In this document: one piece after another, positions 40,130 through 51,581 of the stretch | Layout of the letters: every line of letters begins with the position of its first letter | Position numbering within the stretch: the first letter of the stretch is position 1 | NCBI GenBank assembly: GCA_963791045.1 | Contig: CAWBQK010000006.1 | Location: 256,001 to 320,000, forward strand | DNA from: Candidatus Latescibacterota bacterium | GTDB taxonomy: Bacteria > Krumholzibacteriota > Krumholzibacteriia > WVZY01 | Direction: 5' to 3' | Length of the DNA: 64,000 nt | Position numbers and translations under genes: made by a program | The notes under the pieces: model-generated | Seen by the model: the letters and a program-made list of their open reading frames with translations, nothing else | Told to the model about the DNA's origin: nothing | Databases searched by the model: none

Positions 40130-40822
40130 ATGATCGATTTCAATCGTCATAGAATTCTCACTTTCGATTGTTTTGGGACGCTGATCGATTGGGAGGGCGG
40201 AATCCTCGGCGCGGTGCGGCCGGTGCTCGCGCGATGCGGGGTGGAAGCCGATGATCGCACGATCCTCGAGACATACGCGGAAATCGAGGCCAAACACGAA
40301 GAGGGCGACTTCGTTGATTACAGGTTCGTGCTTCGTTTTGTGATGACCGAGATGAGTCTGCGGTTCGGTTTCGATGCGGAACCGTCGGAACTGGATTGTC
40401 TGTCGAAATCAATAGGCGGCTGGGAACCGTTCCCCGACACGATTGACTCTCTGCGTCAACTGAGGAACCGGTTCAAGCTGGCGATCGTGTCGAACATCGA
40501 CGACGAGTTGTTTGCCGATACAGCAAGACGGCTCGAAATTCCATTCGACTGGATCATCACCGCCCAGCAGGCCCGCGCCTACAAGCCGTCGCCTCGAATG
40601 TTTGAATATGCGTTGCGAGAGATTGGACGACCACGCGAAGAAATCATCCACGTCGCACAGAGTATTTACCACGACATAGTCCCGGCCCGCGCGCTCGGGC
40701 TTGCCACGGTGTGGGTGAACCGCCGCGCCGGCAGGGAAGGATACGGTGCGACCCCGGCGGCCGCCGCGACGCCCGATCTCGAAATCCCCGACCTCGCCAC
40801 CCTTGTCAAGCTTATCGACTGA
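40130..40822 (+). CDS. HAD hydrolase, haloacid dehalogenase type II-like
   Basis: FDCFGTLIDWE, SNID, YKPS, HVAQSIYHD. Confidence 0.88.
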   Translation: MIDFNRHRILTFDCFGTLIDWEGGILGAVRPVLARCGVEADDRTILETYAEIEAKHEEGDFVDYRFVLRFVMTEMSLRFGFDAEPSELDCLSKSIGGWEPFPDTIDSLRQLRNRFKLAIVSNIDDELFADTARRLEIPFDWIITAQQARAYKPSPRMFEYALREIGRPREEIIHVAQSIYHDIVPARALGLATVWVNRRAGREGYGATPAAAATPDLEIPDLATLVKLID

Positions 40823-40837
40823 TCACAATCCGGCGCG

Positions 40838-40958
40838 GGTCGGACGGTGCGATCTTTCTCTGGCCCTCGCTCCGCTTCGCTCGACTAACCGTCGGCTGCG
40901 CCGACGGTGGATTCTCGCTCGCTCCCGCGGAAGGGCCTTTCGAAAGACCGCACCGACC
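40838..40958. repeat. Dispersed structured repeat, module A copy
   Basis: Reverse complement of 56068-56211; imperfect terminal inverted repeats CGGTGCGATCTTTC / GAAAGACCGCACCG. Confidence 0.88.
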
Positions 40959-40974
40959 TTTTAAGGTGTAGGCG

Positions 40975-41227
40975 CGGGTGGCCGTTCACGATCTGGGTAG
41001 TTGAAGCGTTTGAGCTTAACAACCCACACTCGCTTCGCTCGCCGGTGGGGCCCCCAGGACGGCGGAGCGTCGCGGAGTGCGGGTGGCGTGCACGGCGCTT
41101 TTGTCGACGAATTAGTGGTCGTGTCGTGACCGGTGCTACTATCGGCGAATCAGTAAGCCGCACGAAGCGTAAGCGAGCACGCCTGGGGTGGCCGATGACA
41201 GGACCCGTGCCGGGCCAGAAGGAACCC
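40975..41227. repeat. Dispersed structured repeat, module B copy 2
   Basis: Close match to 28821-29134. Confidence 0.9.
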
Positions 41228-41249
41228 TTGCAGGACAACCAGCAGGGAG

Positions 41250-42959
41250 CTAGTAGCCGGCGGCGTGGCCGTCTTTGCGTGACTCCGATGCGGCGAAATA
41301 GACCTTGTTGACGGGGTCGTAGAGGATCGCCTGATATCCCCCGAAGCCGCCTTCGCTGTGCGCCACACGGTGACCCATCTTCTGGAGATCGCGGATCACT
41401 TCCTGCGAGAATCCGCTTTCGAGATACACTGTGCCTCCGGTCGTCATTCGTTGCCCCGTGGGCTGCGACGATCCGCCGTGGCGGATGCGCGGCGCGTCAC
41501 CCGCTTCCTGCAGAGACATTCCAAAGTCGATCAGATTGACGATGATTTGCGCGTGACCCTGCGGCTGCATCGATCCGCCCATCACGCCGAAGCTCATCAA
41601 CGGTTTGCCGTCCTTCGTCACGAAGGCGGGGATGATTGTGTGAAACGGCCGCTTCTTGGGTTCGTACGTGTTGAACCGTCCCGGCTCAAGGTCGAAGAGT
41701 TCGCCGCGGTCCTGAAAAATAAAGCCCAGGTTGTCGGGGGACAAACCGCAGCCCATGCCGCGGTAGTTGCTCTGGATGAGCGAGACCATGTTGCCATCCT
41801 TGTCGGCGACGGTCAGATAAATTGTGTCTCCGGCGTCGAGGGCGGGGTTTCCCGCATCGTAGCGTCTTGCCGCACGATCGGGTGAGATGAGTTTTCGGCG
41901 CTCGGCCGCGTAAGGTTTGGAGACGAGTGCATCAACGGGGATGTTGTTGAATTCGGGGTCCGCATAAAACTTCGCCCTGTCTTCGAAGGCAAGTTTCTTG
42001 GCCTCGACAAACGCGTGTACATATTCGAGCGACCCGAAACCCATCGACGCGACGTCATATCCTTCCAGAATATTCAGGATCTGAAGCGCCGCGATTCCCT
42101 GCCCGTTTGGCGGAAGCTCCCAGACATCGTGACCGCGGTAGTTTGCCGACACCGGTTCGACCCATGTGGACGTGTGGGAAGCAAGGTCTTCGTACGAGAG
42201 ATACCCGCCCTGCTCTTTCATAAACCGGTCGATTGTCTTTGCGATGCGGCCCTTGTAAAACACGTCGCGCCCCTCTTTGGCGAGAGCTTCGTACGTGTCC
42301 GCGAGCTTGGGGTTCTTGAAGATTTCGCCTTTTTGCGGCGCTCGCCCGCCGGGCATGAACGTTTCCTTGAACCCGGCATACTCTTCGAGAAGCGGAACGC
42401 TCAGTCCCCAGTAATACGCAATGAGTTCCGTCACCGGAAAACCATCCCGCGCATAACCAATCGCGGGTTCGAGCACGTCCTTCATGGGCAGGCTGCCGAA
42501 ACGGTCATGAAGCTCGAACCACCCGTCAACACAACCCGGCACGGTGACGGGGAGTGGGCCGCGCGGGGGAATCCTGTCGAGTCCCGCATCTTTGAACACA
42601 TCGAGTGTTAGCGATGCCGGCGATCGCCCGCTGGCATTGAGGCCGTAGAGTTTTTTCGTCTTCGAATCCCAGACGATGGCGAACAGGTCGCCGCCGATCC
42701 CGGAGCCTGTTGGTTCCATCAGTCCGAGCGCCGCGTTGGCCGCGATCGCCGCGTCGACGGCATTTCCGCCGTGTTTGAGTACGCTTATCGCTATCTGTGT
42801 GGCGAGCGGATGGCTCGTGGCCGCCGCCCCGTGTGGGGCTATCACTTCGGATCTTGTCGCAAAAGCGCGGCCCGTCAACCGGTCCTGCGCCGCCGCGGAC
42901 ACCGCAACCATTAGCAGAATAACAAGAAGCATCGTCATTTGACGCGGGTGCGAGATCAT
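41250..42959 (-). CDS. ggt: Gamma-glutamyltransferase
   Basis: GGNAVDAAIA, GIGGDLF, DTIYL nucleophile Thr, KRPFHTIIP, GVMGG..QPQG. Confidence 0.93.
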   Translation of the reverse strand: MISHPRQMTMLLVILLMVAVSAAAQDRLTGRAFATRSEVIAPHGAAATSHPLATQIAISVLKHGGNAVDAAIAANAALGLMEPTGSGIGGDLFAIVWDSKTKKLYGLNASGRSPASLTLDVFKDAGLDRIPPRGPLPVTVPGCVDGWFELHDRFGSLPMKDVLEPAIGYARDGFPVTELIAYYWGLSVPLLEEYAGFKETFMPGGRAPQKGEIFKNPKLADTYEALAKEGRDVFYKGRIAKTIDRFMKEQGGYLSYEDLASHTSTWVEPVSANYRGHDVWELPPNGQGIAALQILNILEGYDVASMGFGSLEYVHAFVEAKKLAFEDRAKFYADPEFNNIPVDALVSKPYAAERRKLISPDRAARRYDAGNPALDAGDTIYLTVADKDGNMVSLIQSNYRGMGCGLSPDNLGFIFQDRGELFDLEPGRFNTYEPKKRPFHTIIPAFVTKDGKPLMSFGVMGGSMQPQGHAQIIVNLIDFGMSLQEAGDAPRIRHGGSSQPTGQRMTTGGTVYLESGFSQEVIRDLQKMGHRVAHSEGGFGGYQAILYDPVNKVYFAASESRKDGHAAGY

Positions 42960-43320
42960 AGTGTCCTCCGTGGCTTGGGCAACTGGCGGTTAAGGCTTGT
43001 CATTGAGTCATTAATTGTATAGACTACAGTTAGGTGCAACGCATTCTAGATTACGGAAAATCTCATGTCAACGCCCGTGCCAGAGGGCTCCTGTGACGGG
43101 ATTTTAGTGATCGTTGGGGGGATCGCCTGCTCTCATAAGTGATGTCGAGTCACGACGTGTGTCTATTTTGCATACGTTCCAGCCGTGTATTGTTAGCAGG
43201 TGCGAGGATATCCCCATTTGCATAGCGTAGTAAAGCCACGACTTGGACTAATTTTGGCGATGTCGTGCGGGTGAGCCATCCATCATGGCGGCCTGCGTAA
43301 TCATGGAGAGGAGAGTCCAC

Positions 43321-44217
43321 ATGGCCGAATATGCGGATTCCCAAGTGCTCGTGTCCACAAATTGGGTCGAGGAAAACAGGAACGATCCGAATGTCACGAT
43401 CGTTGAAATCGACGAAACCGTGGAAGTCTACAACGAAGGCCACATCCCAGGCGCGATTTCATGGAATTGGCAGGTAGACCTGGCGGACAGGACACGGCGG
43501 GATATTCTTGGGCCATCGGATCTGGAAGAACTCCTGTCGAGGTGCGGGATTTCCAACACCACAACCGTGGTGCTTTACGGGGATCGGAGCAACTGGTACG
43601 CAGCATGGGGTTTCTGGCAGCTCAAAATTTATGGACACAGGGATGTTCGTATTCTCAACGGCGGACGCGAAAAGTGGATCGCGGAAGGTCGCAAACTCGT
43701 GCGGGCCATTCCGGAACCGGAGCCGACGACATACCGCTCGAGGACGCTCAACCAGGAACTGCGGGCGTTTCTCCCACACGTGAAACTGGCCGTCAAGGGG
43801 TCGGGTTTTGCGATCGTCGACGTCCGGTCGCCCGATGAGTTTACGGGACGGCTCGTAGTCCCGCGTGAAACGCCGCAGATCGCCCAGCGAAAGGGGCACA
43901 TTCCCGGGGCAAAAAGCATCCCCTGGGATGATGTCTGCGAACGCGACGGGACGTTCAAAGAGCCGAGGGAATTGCGGGAGCTGTTCGAATCAAAAAGCGT
44001 TACCGCCGACAAAGAGGTTATCGTCTACAGCCGGATCGGCGAGCGATCGAGTCACACCTGGTTTGTGCTCAAACACCTTCTCGGATATCCCGTCGTCAAG
44101 AACTACGACGGATCATGGGCCGAATGGGGAAATCTCGTGGGTGTGGCGATTGAGATGGGTGACGAGAAACCACCGCGTTTTGCCAGGATCGGAAGCGACG
44201 CCCTGGGTCACAAATAG
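43321..44217 (+). CDS. Tandem rhodanese sulfurtransferase (CysA/SseA-like), active-site Cys replaced by Ser
   Basis: GHIPGA twice, DVRSPDEF, YDGSWAEWG; loop reads YSRIGERSS. Confidence 0.85.
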   Translation: MAEYADSQVLVSTNWVEENRNDPNVTIVEIDETVEVYNEGHIPGAISWNWQVDLADRTRRDILGPSDLEELLSRCGISNTTTVVLYGDRSNWYAAWGFWQLKIYGHRDVRILNGGREKWIAEGRKLVRAIPEPEPTTYRSRTLNQELRAFLPHVKLAVKGSGFAIVDVRSPDEFTGRLVVPRETPQIAQRKGHIPGAKSIPWDDVCERDGTFKEPRELRELFESKSVTADKEVIVYSRIGERSSHTWFVLKHLLGYPVVKNYDGSWAEWGNLVGVAIEMGDEKPPRFARIGSDALGHK

Positions 44218-44301
44218 CCGCGGCGGAGCCGCAGCCAATATGTCGATCTGGAGAATTTGTCGGCGTACGCCCTTTACCATAATTGGATATTGATACGTTA
44301 C

Positions 44302-44331
44302 GGCCGGGAGTTCGAACTCCGGTCTTTTTTT
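44302..44331 (+). terminator. Intrinsic terminator
   Basis: GGCCGGGAGT-tcga-ACTCCGGTC followed by T7. Confidence 0.65.
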
Positions 44332-44485
44332 GTGTCGTAACCCCGGCCGGTCGGGTGCATCTCGCTATTGATTGGGCGGGCCGGATGGTGGATACTCTTG
44401 GCCCCGCAGTCGCGGCGAGGTTCGAGCCTGCGGTTTGATCGCCGGAGTTTCCTGGGGAACGGTAATCCAAAAAAGGGGAAATAAC

Positions 44486-46498
44486 TTGGCTTCACTGGTC
44501 GACCAGAAGTGTATCAACACGATCCGGTTTCTTGCGGTCGATGCGATTGAAAAGGCCCGTTCGGGGCATCCGGGGATGCCGCTCGGCGCGGCGCCGATGG
44601 CGTATACGGTGTGGGACCGATTTCTAAACCACAATCCCGCGAATCCCGATTGGTTCGACAGGGATCGTTTTGTTCTATCGGCGGGACATGGCTCGGCGCT
44701 TCTTTATGCGCTGCTTCATTTGTACGGGTACGATGTTTCGCTCGATGACATCAAAAACTTTCGCCAGTGGCAAAGCAAGACTCCCGGGCATCCGGAATAT
44801 GGGCTGACACCAGGTGTTGAAGTGACGACGGGTCCATTGGGGCAGGGTTTCGCGATGGGTGTGGGAATGGCGGTTGCCGAACGGCGTCTCGCGGGTCTCT
44901 ATAATCCGCCGAATGACGATGCCTCGCGGGTCGTGGATCATTTTACCTATGCGATCGTTTCGGACGGCGATCTCATGGAGGGTGTCGCGTCGGAGGCCGC
45001 GTCGCTCTCTGGTCACCTCGGATTGGGCAAACTCATATATCTTTATGACGACAATCAAATCACGATCGACGGTGGAACCGACCTTTCGTTTACCGAAGAT
45101 GTCGGCGCCAGGTTTTCCGCCTACGGCTGGCAAGTGCAAACCGTTGATGACGGGAATGACATCGACGGGATTGAAGCGGCCATTCGCAACGCCAAGGCAG
45201 ACACCGCCCGCCCCTCACTGATCTGTGTGAAGACGCACATCGGGTACGGAAGTCCGAAGCAGGACTCATCGTCCGCCCACGGCGAACCTCTGGGTAAGGA
45301 AGCCTGTTTGGAGACAAAGAAAACGCTCGGGTGGCCGACGGATGGGTCGTTTCTCGTCCCGGAAGAAGCGGCGGATCATTTTGGTTGCGCCGGCGCCCGC
45401 GGTAGGGATCTCGAGGCGGAATGGTCGAAGCGGCTCTCCAGTTATCGTGAGCAACATTCCGAAAAAGCACACGAGTTTGAACGCGCAATTCGCGGAGAGC
45501 TCCCCGAAGGGTGGGAGCGCGCCCTCCCCGTGTTTGAAGCCGATTCGCCGGCGATGGCAACCCGCGCCGCTTCGGGCAAGGTGTTGGGCGCGCTTTCGAA
45601 AGTGATTCCTGGTCTCGTCGGCGGATCGGCCGACCTGGCGCCGTCGAACAAGACGTTTCTCAGCGATTATCCGGTGTTTTCAAGGGTGGAGGCGACCGGA
45701 CGTAATTTCCATTTCGGCGTCCGCGAGCACGCGATGGCCGCGCTAGTCAATGGAATAGCTATCCACGGCGGAATGATTCCTTATTGCGGGACATTTCTTG
45801 TTTTCTCGGATTACATGAGACCCTCCATAAGACTTGCCGCGCTCATGCAATCACCGTCGATTTTTGTCTTTACTCATGATAGTCTTGCCGTTGGGGAGGA
45901 CGGTCCGACGCATCAGCCCGTCGAACAACTTATGAGTCTCCGGTTGATCCCGGGGCTCACCGTGATTCGGCCGGCCGACGCAAACGAGACCGCCGCCGCC
46001 TGGCGGGTGGCGATCGAATCTCGCGGACCTGTGGCGCTGGTGTTTACGCGCCAGAACCTGTCCGTCCTTGACCCCGAACTGTACGATTCGGCGGCCGGCA
46101 CGGCCTGCGGGGCGTATGTTCTTTCCGACCCCCAAAAAGGCCGCGCAGGTGTTATACTGATCGCCAGTGGTTCAGAGGTATCACTGGCGCTCGACGCCAG
46201 TCGAGTACTCGGCGAGAAGGGAATTGACGCGCGAGTCGTGTCGATGCCTTCATGGGAATTATTTGCGGAACAACCCCGTGATTACCGGGAGGGCGTTCTT
46301 CCCGCGGACATCCCAAAACTCGCAATCGAAGCGGGATCAACACTGGGGTGGCGTGATCATGTAGGGGACAGTGGTGATGTGGTTGGGCTGGACCGGTTTG
46401 GCGCTTCGGCGCCCGGCCCGGTTGCGATGAAGAATCTTGGGTTCGATGTCGACCGCGTCGTTGACAAAGCGTCGAACCTGGTATACAAAAAACGCTGA
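44486..46498 (+). CDS. tkt: Transketolase
   Basis: [37 protein letters not shown]. Confidence 0.95.
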   Translation: MASLVDQKCINTIRFLAVDAIEKARSGHPGMPLGAAPMAYTVWDRFLNHNPANPDWFDRDRFVLSAGHGSALLYALLHLYGYDVSLDDIKNFRQWQSKTPGHPEYGLTPGVEVTTGPLGQGFAMGVGMAVAERRLAGLYNPPNDDASRVVDHFTYAIVSDGDLMEGVASEAASLSGHLGLGKLIYLYDDNQITIDGGTDLSFTEDVGARFSAYGWQVQTVDDGNDIDGIEAAIRNAKADTARPSLICVKTHIGYGSPKQDSSSAHGEPLGKEACLETKKTLGWPTDGSFLVPEEAADHFGCAGARGRDLEAEWSKRLSSYREQHSEKAHEFERAIRGELPEGWERALPVFEADSPAMATRAASGKVLGALSKVIPGLVGGSADLAPSNKTFLSDYPVFSRVEATGRNFHFGVREHAMAALVNGIAIHGGMIPYCGTFLVFSDYMRPSIRLAALMQSPSIFVFTHDSLAVGEDGPTHQPVEQLMSLRLIPGLTVIRPADANETAAAWRVAIESRGPVALVFTRQNLSVLDPELYDSAAGTACGAYVLSDPQKGRAGVILIASGSEVSLALDASRVLGEKGIDARVVSMPSWELFAEQPRDYREGVLPADIPKLAIEAGSTLGWRDHVGDSGDVVGLDRFGASAPGPVAMKNLGFDVDRVVDKASNLVYKKR

Positions 46499-46561
46499 GA
46501 TTTCGGAGATCCGAAGCTGCATCAAGAGGCGAAGTAACAGTCCGAAAGAAAGGATTTCTTG

Positions 46562-47665
46562 ATGAACCCCCTCAAACGACTCTACGAAGAGGGTCAATCG
46601 GTATGGCTCGATTTTATTCGAAGAAACTTGATCACGAGCGGAGATCTCAACCGTCTGATCGATGAAGACGGTGTCCGGGGGATGACGAGCAATCCGACGA
46701 TATTTCAGAAAGCTATCGCCGGCAGCGCCGATTATGATGAAAGCCTCGAAAAGGCCCTGGCGGCGAACCCGAACACTGAAATTAAGGACCTTTACGAGAC
46801 GCTGGCGATCGAAGATATCAAAAGCGCGGCGGATGTTCTGCGTCCAATCTACGATGAAAGCAAAGGGGCCGACGGTTATGTAAGCCTCGAAGTATCGCCG
46901 ACGCTGGCCGATGATACCGAGGGAACGATCGAGGAAGCGATCCGGCTTTGGAAAACCGTGGACTGCCCGAACGTCATGATCAAAGTACCGGCGACAGAAG
47001 CCGGGGTGCCGGCGCTCGAAGCGCTCATCGCAAAAGGCGTCAATGTGAACGCCACTCTCATGTTTTCGATGAAACACTACGAGGCAATTGCGCAGGCATA
47101 CGTAAGAGGCCTCAAGCAGTGCGAGCAGCCCGACCGCGTGGCTTCGGTCGCATCGTTCTTTGTGAGCCGTGTCGACAATGCCGTCGACAAGACACTCAAT
47201 GAAATCGGTTCGCCCGAGGCCCTTGAACTTCGCGGGAAGGCGGCGATTGCAAATACAAAACTTACCTACAAACGGTTCTCCGAAATTTTCGGGAGCGATG
47301 AGTTCAAAGCGCTGGCCGCGCGAGGGGCTCGTGTTCAGCGACCGCTTTGGGCGAGCACGTCCACCAAAAATCCCGACTACCGGGATGTCCTCTACGTCGA
47401 AGACCTGATTGGCCCCGATACCGTCAATACCCTTCCGCCGGCGACGATGGACGCGTTCCGCGATCACGGGATTGTTGATTCCACTCTCACCAGGGATGTC
47501 GAAGCCGCCGAGGATTGCCTCGCAAAGCTCGGCAACCTCGGGATTGATCTGATTGCGGTGACGGATAAGCTGCAGGTGGACGGTGTGATTTCTTTTGCCA
47601 AGTCATTCGATGAGCTTCTGGAAGCGCTCGCGCAAAAGAAAACGGGACTTTCTTCGGACGCGTGA
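46562..47665 (+). CDS. tal: Transaldolase
   Basis: GQSVWLD, TSNPTIF, SLEV, MIKVPAT, ASFFVSR, LWASTSTK. Confidence 0.93.
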   Translation: MNPLKRLYEEGQSVWLDFIRRNLITSGDLNRLIDEDGVRGMTSNPTIFQKAIAGSADYDESLEKALAANPNTEIKDLYETLAIEDIKSAADVLRPIYDESKGADGYVSLEVSPTLADDTEGTIEEAIRLWKTVDCPNVMIKVPATEAGVPALEALIAKGVNVNATLMFSMKHYEAIAQAYVRGLKQCEQPDRVASVASFFVSRVDNAVDKTLNEIGSPEALELRGKAAIANTKLTYKRFSEIFGSDEFKALAARGARVQRPLWASTSTKNPDYRDVLYVEDLIGPDTVNTLPPATMDAFRDHGIVDSTLTRDVEAAEDCLAKLGNLGIDLIAVTDKLQVDGVISFAKSFDELLEALAQKKTGLSSDA

Positions 47666-47791
47666 CACGACTGGATAAACGCAGGCCCGACCCGGCCGGA
47701 GATTTTATCGACAATAACTGGTCCAAAAAGACCGCAGCCAACTCAAAACAGTGGAAAAGAGTCATCCTTTCAATTCTTACAGGAGGCAAAA

Positions 47792-48715
47792 ATGACAGAC
47801 ACCGTTCAGAAAATCCTCAGTCACTATCAATCCGACAACCCGGGAACCCGCGCCAATCTCGTTCGGTTGCTTACGCACGGCCGACTTGCCGGTACGGGCA
47901 AGCTTGTCATCCTCCCCGTCGACCAGGGATTCGAACATGGACCGGCGAGAAGTTTTGCGGTAAACCCGGCCGGGTACGATCCGTTCTATCACGCCGAACT
48001 CGCTATCGATGCGGGTTGTAATGCCTACGCGGCGCCGCTTGGTTTTCTCGAAGCAGTTGCGGCCCGGTACGCCGGCGAGCTTCCGTTGATTCTCAAACTG
48101 AACAACCATGACAGCCTGAGCGCCGAGGATGATCCGATTCCGGCGCAAACAGGATCGGTCGCGGATGCGCTTCGTTTGGGTTGTGTGGGGATCGGCTTCA
48201 CGATTTACCCGGGTTCGGCGGCCTGGCGTGAAATGTACGAGCAGCTTCGCGAACTGGCGGAAGAGGCGAAAGCCTGCGGGCTGGCCGTCATCGTGTGGTC
48301 GTACCCGAGGGGAACGTCGTTGAGCAAGGAAGGCGAAACGGCGATCGATGTCGCAACCTACGCCGCGCAGATCGCCTGTCAAATGGGCGCCCACGTGGTT
48401 AAGGTTAAGCTCCCCAGCGATTACGTCGAACTTGGCGCCGCCAAAAAGGTTTACGAGTCGGAAAAAATTCCTGTCTCGACGCTCACCGAACGTGTGAAGC
48501 ACGTAATCCAGAGCGCGTTTGACGGACAAAGAATCGTGATCTTCTCGGGCGGAAGCAAGCAGTCCGACGAAGCGGTGTTTGACGAGATCCGCGCGATTCG
48601 TGACGGTGGCGGTTTTGGTTCGATCATCGGCCGGAACTCTTTCCAGCGCCCGCGTGATCATGCAATCAAGTTCCTCCACACCGTGATGGACATCTATTCG
48701 GGAGCCATCGACTAA
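47792..48715 (+). CDS. fbaB: Class I fructose-bisphosphate aldolase
   Basis: ILPVDQGFEHGP, WSYPRG, VVKVK, IIGRNSFQR. Confidence 0.9.
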   Translation: MTDTVQKILSHYQSDNPGTRANLVRLLTHGRLAGTGKLVILPVDQGFEHGPARSFAVNPAGYDPFYHAELAIDAGCNAYAAPLGFLEAVAARYAGELPLILKLNNHDSLSAEDDPIPAQTGSVADALRLGCVGIGFTIYPGSAAWREMYEQLRELAEEAKACGLAVIVWSYPRGTSLSKEGETAIDVATYAAQIACQMGAHVVKVKLPSDYVELGAAKKVYESEKIPVSTLTERVKHVIQSAFDGQRIVIFSGGSKQSDEAVFDEIRAIRDGGGFGSIIGRNSFQRPRDHAIKFLHTVMDIYSGAID

Positions 48716-48753
48716 CGGTTGAGCTCCCCGGTTGTGCGGGTGTGATTCTTCTT

Positions 48754-48821
48754 AAGCCCTCTCCGCAAGTTCTTGCGTCCAGCTCTCCAGCGGACGGCGG
48801 GAATGCGGAGAGGGCTTTTTG
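48754..48821 (+). terminator. Long hairpin terminator after tkt-tal-fbaB
   Basis: AAGCCCTCTCCGCA ... TGCGGAGAGGGCTT plus TTT, with an imperfectly paired interior. Confidence 0.65.
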
Positions 48822-49007
48822 TATTGCCGCGGGGACCGGAATCGCCCCGTCGATATCACTCAAACCGCTCCCCATGAAACCCTGCTTGACAGGCGTGGCA
48901 CTCAATATCTAATGTCTTGCCATAACTAAACATACACATCATTGAATATGGGAACGCCTGGGCGGGTAGTATTTTGACATACGCCCTCGGGCGAAAAGGA
49001 GACTTTC

Positions 49008-49409
49008 TTGAACTGCCCTTCATGTCACGAGCCGATGGTTGTCCTCGAGGTGGAACGCATCGAGATCGATCACTGTCTGTCGTGCAAAGGCGTGTGGCTG
49101 GACGGCGGAGAGCTTGAACTCATGCTTGAAACAGCGGCGAACAAAAATGAACTCATCGCCACGCTCGATGCCGCGGTGGAGGGCAAGGAAAAGAAGATCC
49201 GCTGCCCGATCTGCCGCAAGAAAATGGAAAAAACCAGTTTTGGGGTCGAAAACAAAATCATCCTCGATAAATGTCCTCGCAATGACGGGATTTGGTTCGA
49301 CGCCGGCGAGCTGAGTCGCGCGATGAGGATGGCGGAGTTCGAAGGCCGTCCCGTCTACGAGATTCTCAATGAAATATTTGGCGACAGGCAAAGAAACGAT
49401 TCAGAGTGA
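49008..49409 (+). CDS. Double zf-TFIIB zinc-ribbon protein
   Basis: CPSC..IDHCLSCKGVWLDGGEL; CPIC..DKCP..GIWFDAGEL. Confidence 0.85.
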   Translation: MNCPSCHEPMVVLEVERIEIDHCLSCKGVWLDGGELELMLETAANKNELIATLDAAVEGKEKKIRCPICRKKMEKTSFGVENKIILDKCPRNDGIWFDAGELSRAMRMAEFEGRPVYEILNEIFGDRQRNDSE

Positions 49410-49451
49410 TAAACAGGTAACGTACGGCCCGGGAAAAAAAGGAGGCCCAGA

Positions 49452-50009
49452 ATGTTTGGATGGTTTTTGCTGATAGTGATCGTGGTGGCGGTCGCGTACT
49501 TTGTAGGAATCTACAACGCGCTCGTCCGGTTTGCGGAACCAGGTGAAGAATGCCTGGTCGCAGATCGACGTGCAGCTCAAGCGGCGGCACGATCTGATCC
49601 CCAATCTGGTCGAAACGGCCAAGGGGTACATGCAGCATGAGCGTGAGACGTTCGAAGAGATCACAAAGGCGAGAAGCCAGCGCGATGGGTGCCGGCACCG
49701 TCGGCGAAAAGGCGCAGGCAGAGGCGGGCTTGAGTGGGGCTCTCGGCCGCTTCATGCTTGTCGTGGAGAACTACCCGGACTTGAAGGCCAATGAGAACTT
49801 TCTGGCGCTGCAGGAAGAGCTTGACCTCGCACGGAGAACAAGATCGCGTTTTCACGCCAGAGCTACAACGACTCGGTGTCTGTTCTTCAACAACAAGATC
49901 CAGATGTTCCCGTCGAACATCATCGCGAACACATTCAACTTCACGGCAGGAAGAATTCTTCGAAATCGAAGAGCCGACCGAAAGGGAAACACCCAAAGTG
50001 AGTTTTTAG
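49452..50009 (+). CDS. lemA: LemA family protein, frameshifted
   Basis: [47 protein letters not shown] across overlapping frames. Confidence 0.85.
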
Positions 50010-50036
50010 ACAAGTAGTGAACAGGGGCGCACAGCC

Positions 50037-51497
50037 ATGATGTGGGAACTGATAAGCGCGAATCGAAAGAAGTCGCTGATTCTCTTTGCGGGGATGGCGC
50101 TGTTTCTTTCCGTTCTTGGCTATATGTCGGAACCGTTTTCATCGGTAGTGAAAACGGCGGCCTTTTCGGTCTCGCCATCGCGATAGGGATATGGCTGATG
50201 CTGACATTATCAGTGTGAGTTCGGGAGACGACATCATTCTCAAGATAAGCCGCGCGAGGGAATCACAAGGGACGTGAACCCCCAGTTGTTCAATGTGGTC
50301 GAAGAGATGAAGATCGCCGCCGCGCTTCCCGCGATGCCAAAGGTCTACATCATCGATGAAGCGTCTCCAAATGCTTTCGCCATCGGGATCAAACCGGAGA
50401 AAAGCGCCATCGCGGTTACCGCGGGCCTGCTGTCAAAGCTGAACCGCGACGAGCTGCAAGGGAGTTGATCGCCCACGAGATTTCCCATATATGAACCGGG
50501 ATTCGCAATTGATGACTGTTGCGGGGATCATGCTGGGAAGCATCGTTTTGCTTTCGCATTTTTTCCTGCGGAGCATGTGGTTCATGCCCTCATCGGCCGG
50601 CGGTACAGAAAGGGTGGGGACGGGGGCAGATCCTCAGCTCCAACTGGTGATGATCGTGATGACGATTCTCCTCGCGATTCTCGCCCCGATCTTCGCTCGT
50701 TTGATCTATCTGGCCGTTTCGAGAAAACGTGAATATCTTGCCGACGCAACCGCAGCTCAGCTTACGCGTTACCCGGAAGGGCTCGCGTCGGCGCTGGAGA
50801 AGATTTCGCATCGGCGGGAATCCCCCTGGAATCGGCCAACAAGGTTACGGCGCCGATGTTCATCGTCAGTCCGTTTCATGCAGAAAGAGATGAAGCTCTC
50901 CAGCATGAGCAGCACGCATCCGTCGGCACAAGAGCGTATCAAGATCCTCAGAAATATGGCCGGCCGCGCCGATTATCGGAGCTATCAGCGAGCGTTCGCC
51001 AAGATAAAAGGCACGCCCGCAGCGATGATCCCTTCGTCGGGGATTCGGGAAACCAAACGGGTGGATGCGCGCGGTACCGTAGGCCGGCGATCCGCACAAG
51101 GAGCAGGAAACAAGTCCGCGCGTGACGTCATGGATCTGATGCGCGCGGTGAACGGTTACGCGTTTCTCGTCTGTGCTTGCGGGCTCAAAATCAAGGTCCC
51201 GCCGGATTTCGACAAGAAATCATTGGAATGCCCCAAATGTGGGCGGGAGAACGAGATGCCCGTGGCCGAAATGGCCGCGATGGGCGCCGTCGCTGATGCC
51301 GTCGCGGGCGCCGAAGAAGGGGCCCGGAAGGGCGGGGCGGCAGCGAAAGATCTCCGCCGGGCGCTATGAGTACATCCGCAAAGGCACCGGATGGGAGTCG
51401 TTCGCATGTCCGTGCGGCAATCTCCTCCAACTCTCGCCGGCTTTTAGGGACGGTGCTTGCCTGCCGGCACTGCCGGCGGATCACCACAATAAAATAG
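50037..51497 (+). CDS. HtpX-like M48 protease with C-terminal zinc ribbons, multiple frameshifts
   Basis: MWELISANRKKS start; PNAFA, AHEISH (50471), SRKREYLADA, STHP; CACG..CPKC and CPCG. Confidence 0.75.
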
Positions 51498-51581
51498 TAG
51501 ACGCCCCCCTCGATTCGCTTAACTAGTACTGTCGATCGAACAAATCGTCCACGACAACCCAGACAAAAGGAGGGAGCGAAC

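Noticed and set aside
44405-44435. GGTTCGAGCC tRNA T-loop-like motif
   Set aside because: No acceptor, D or anticodon arms can be built around it
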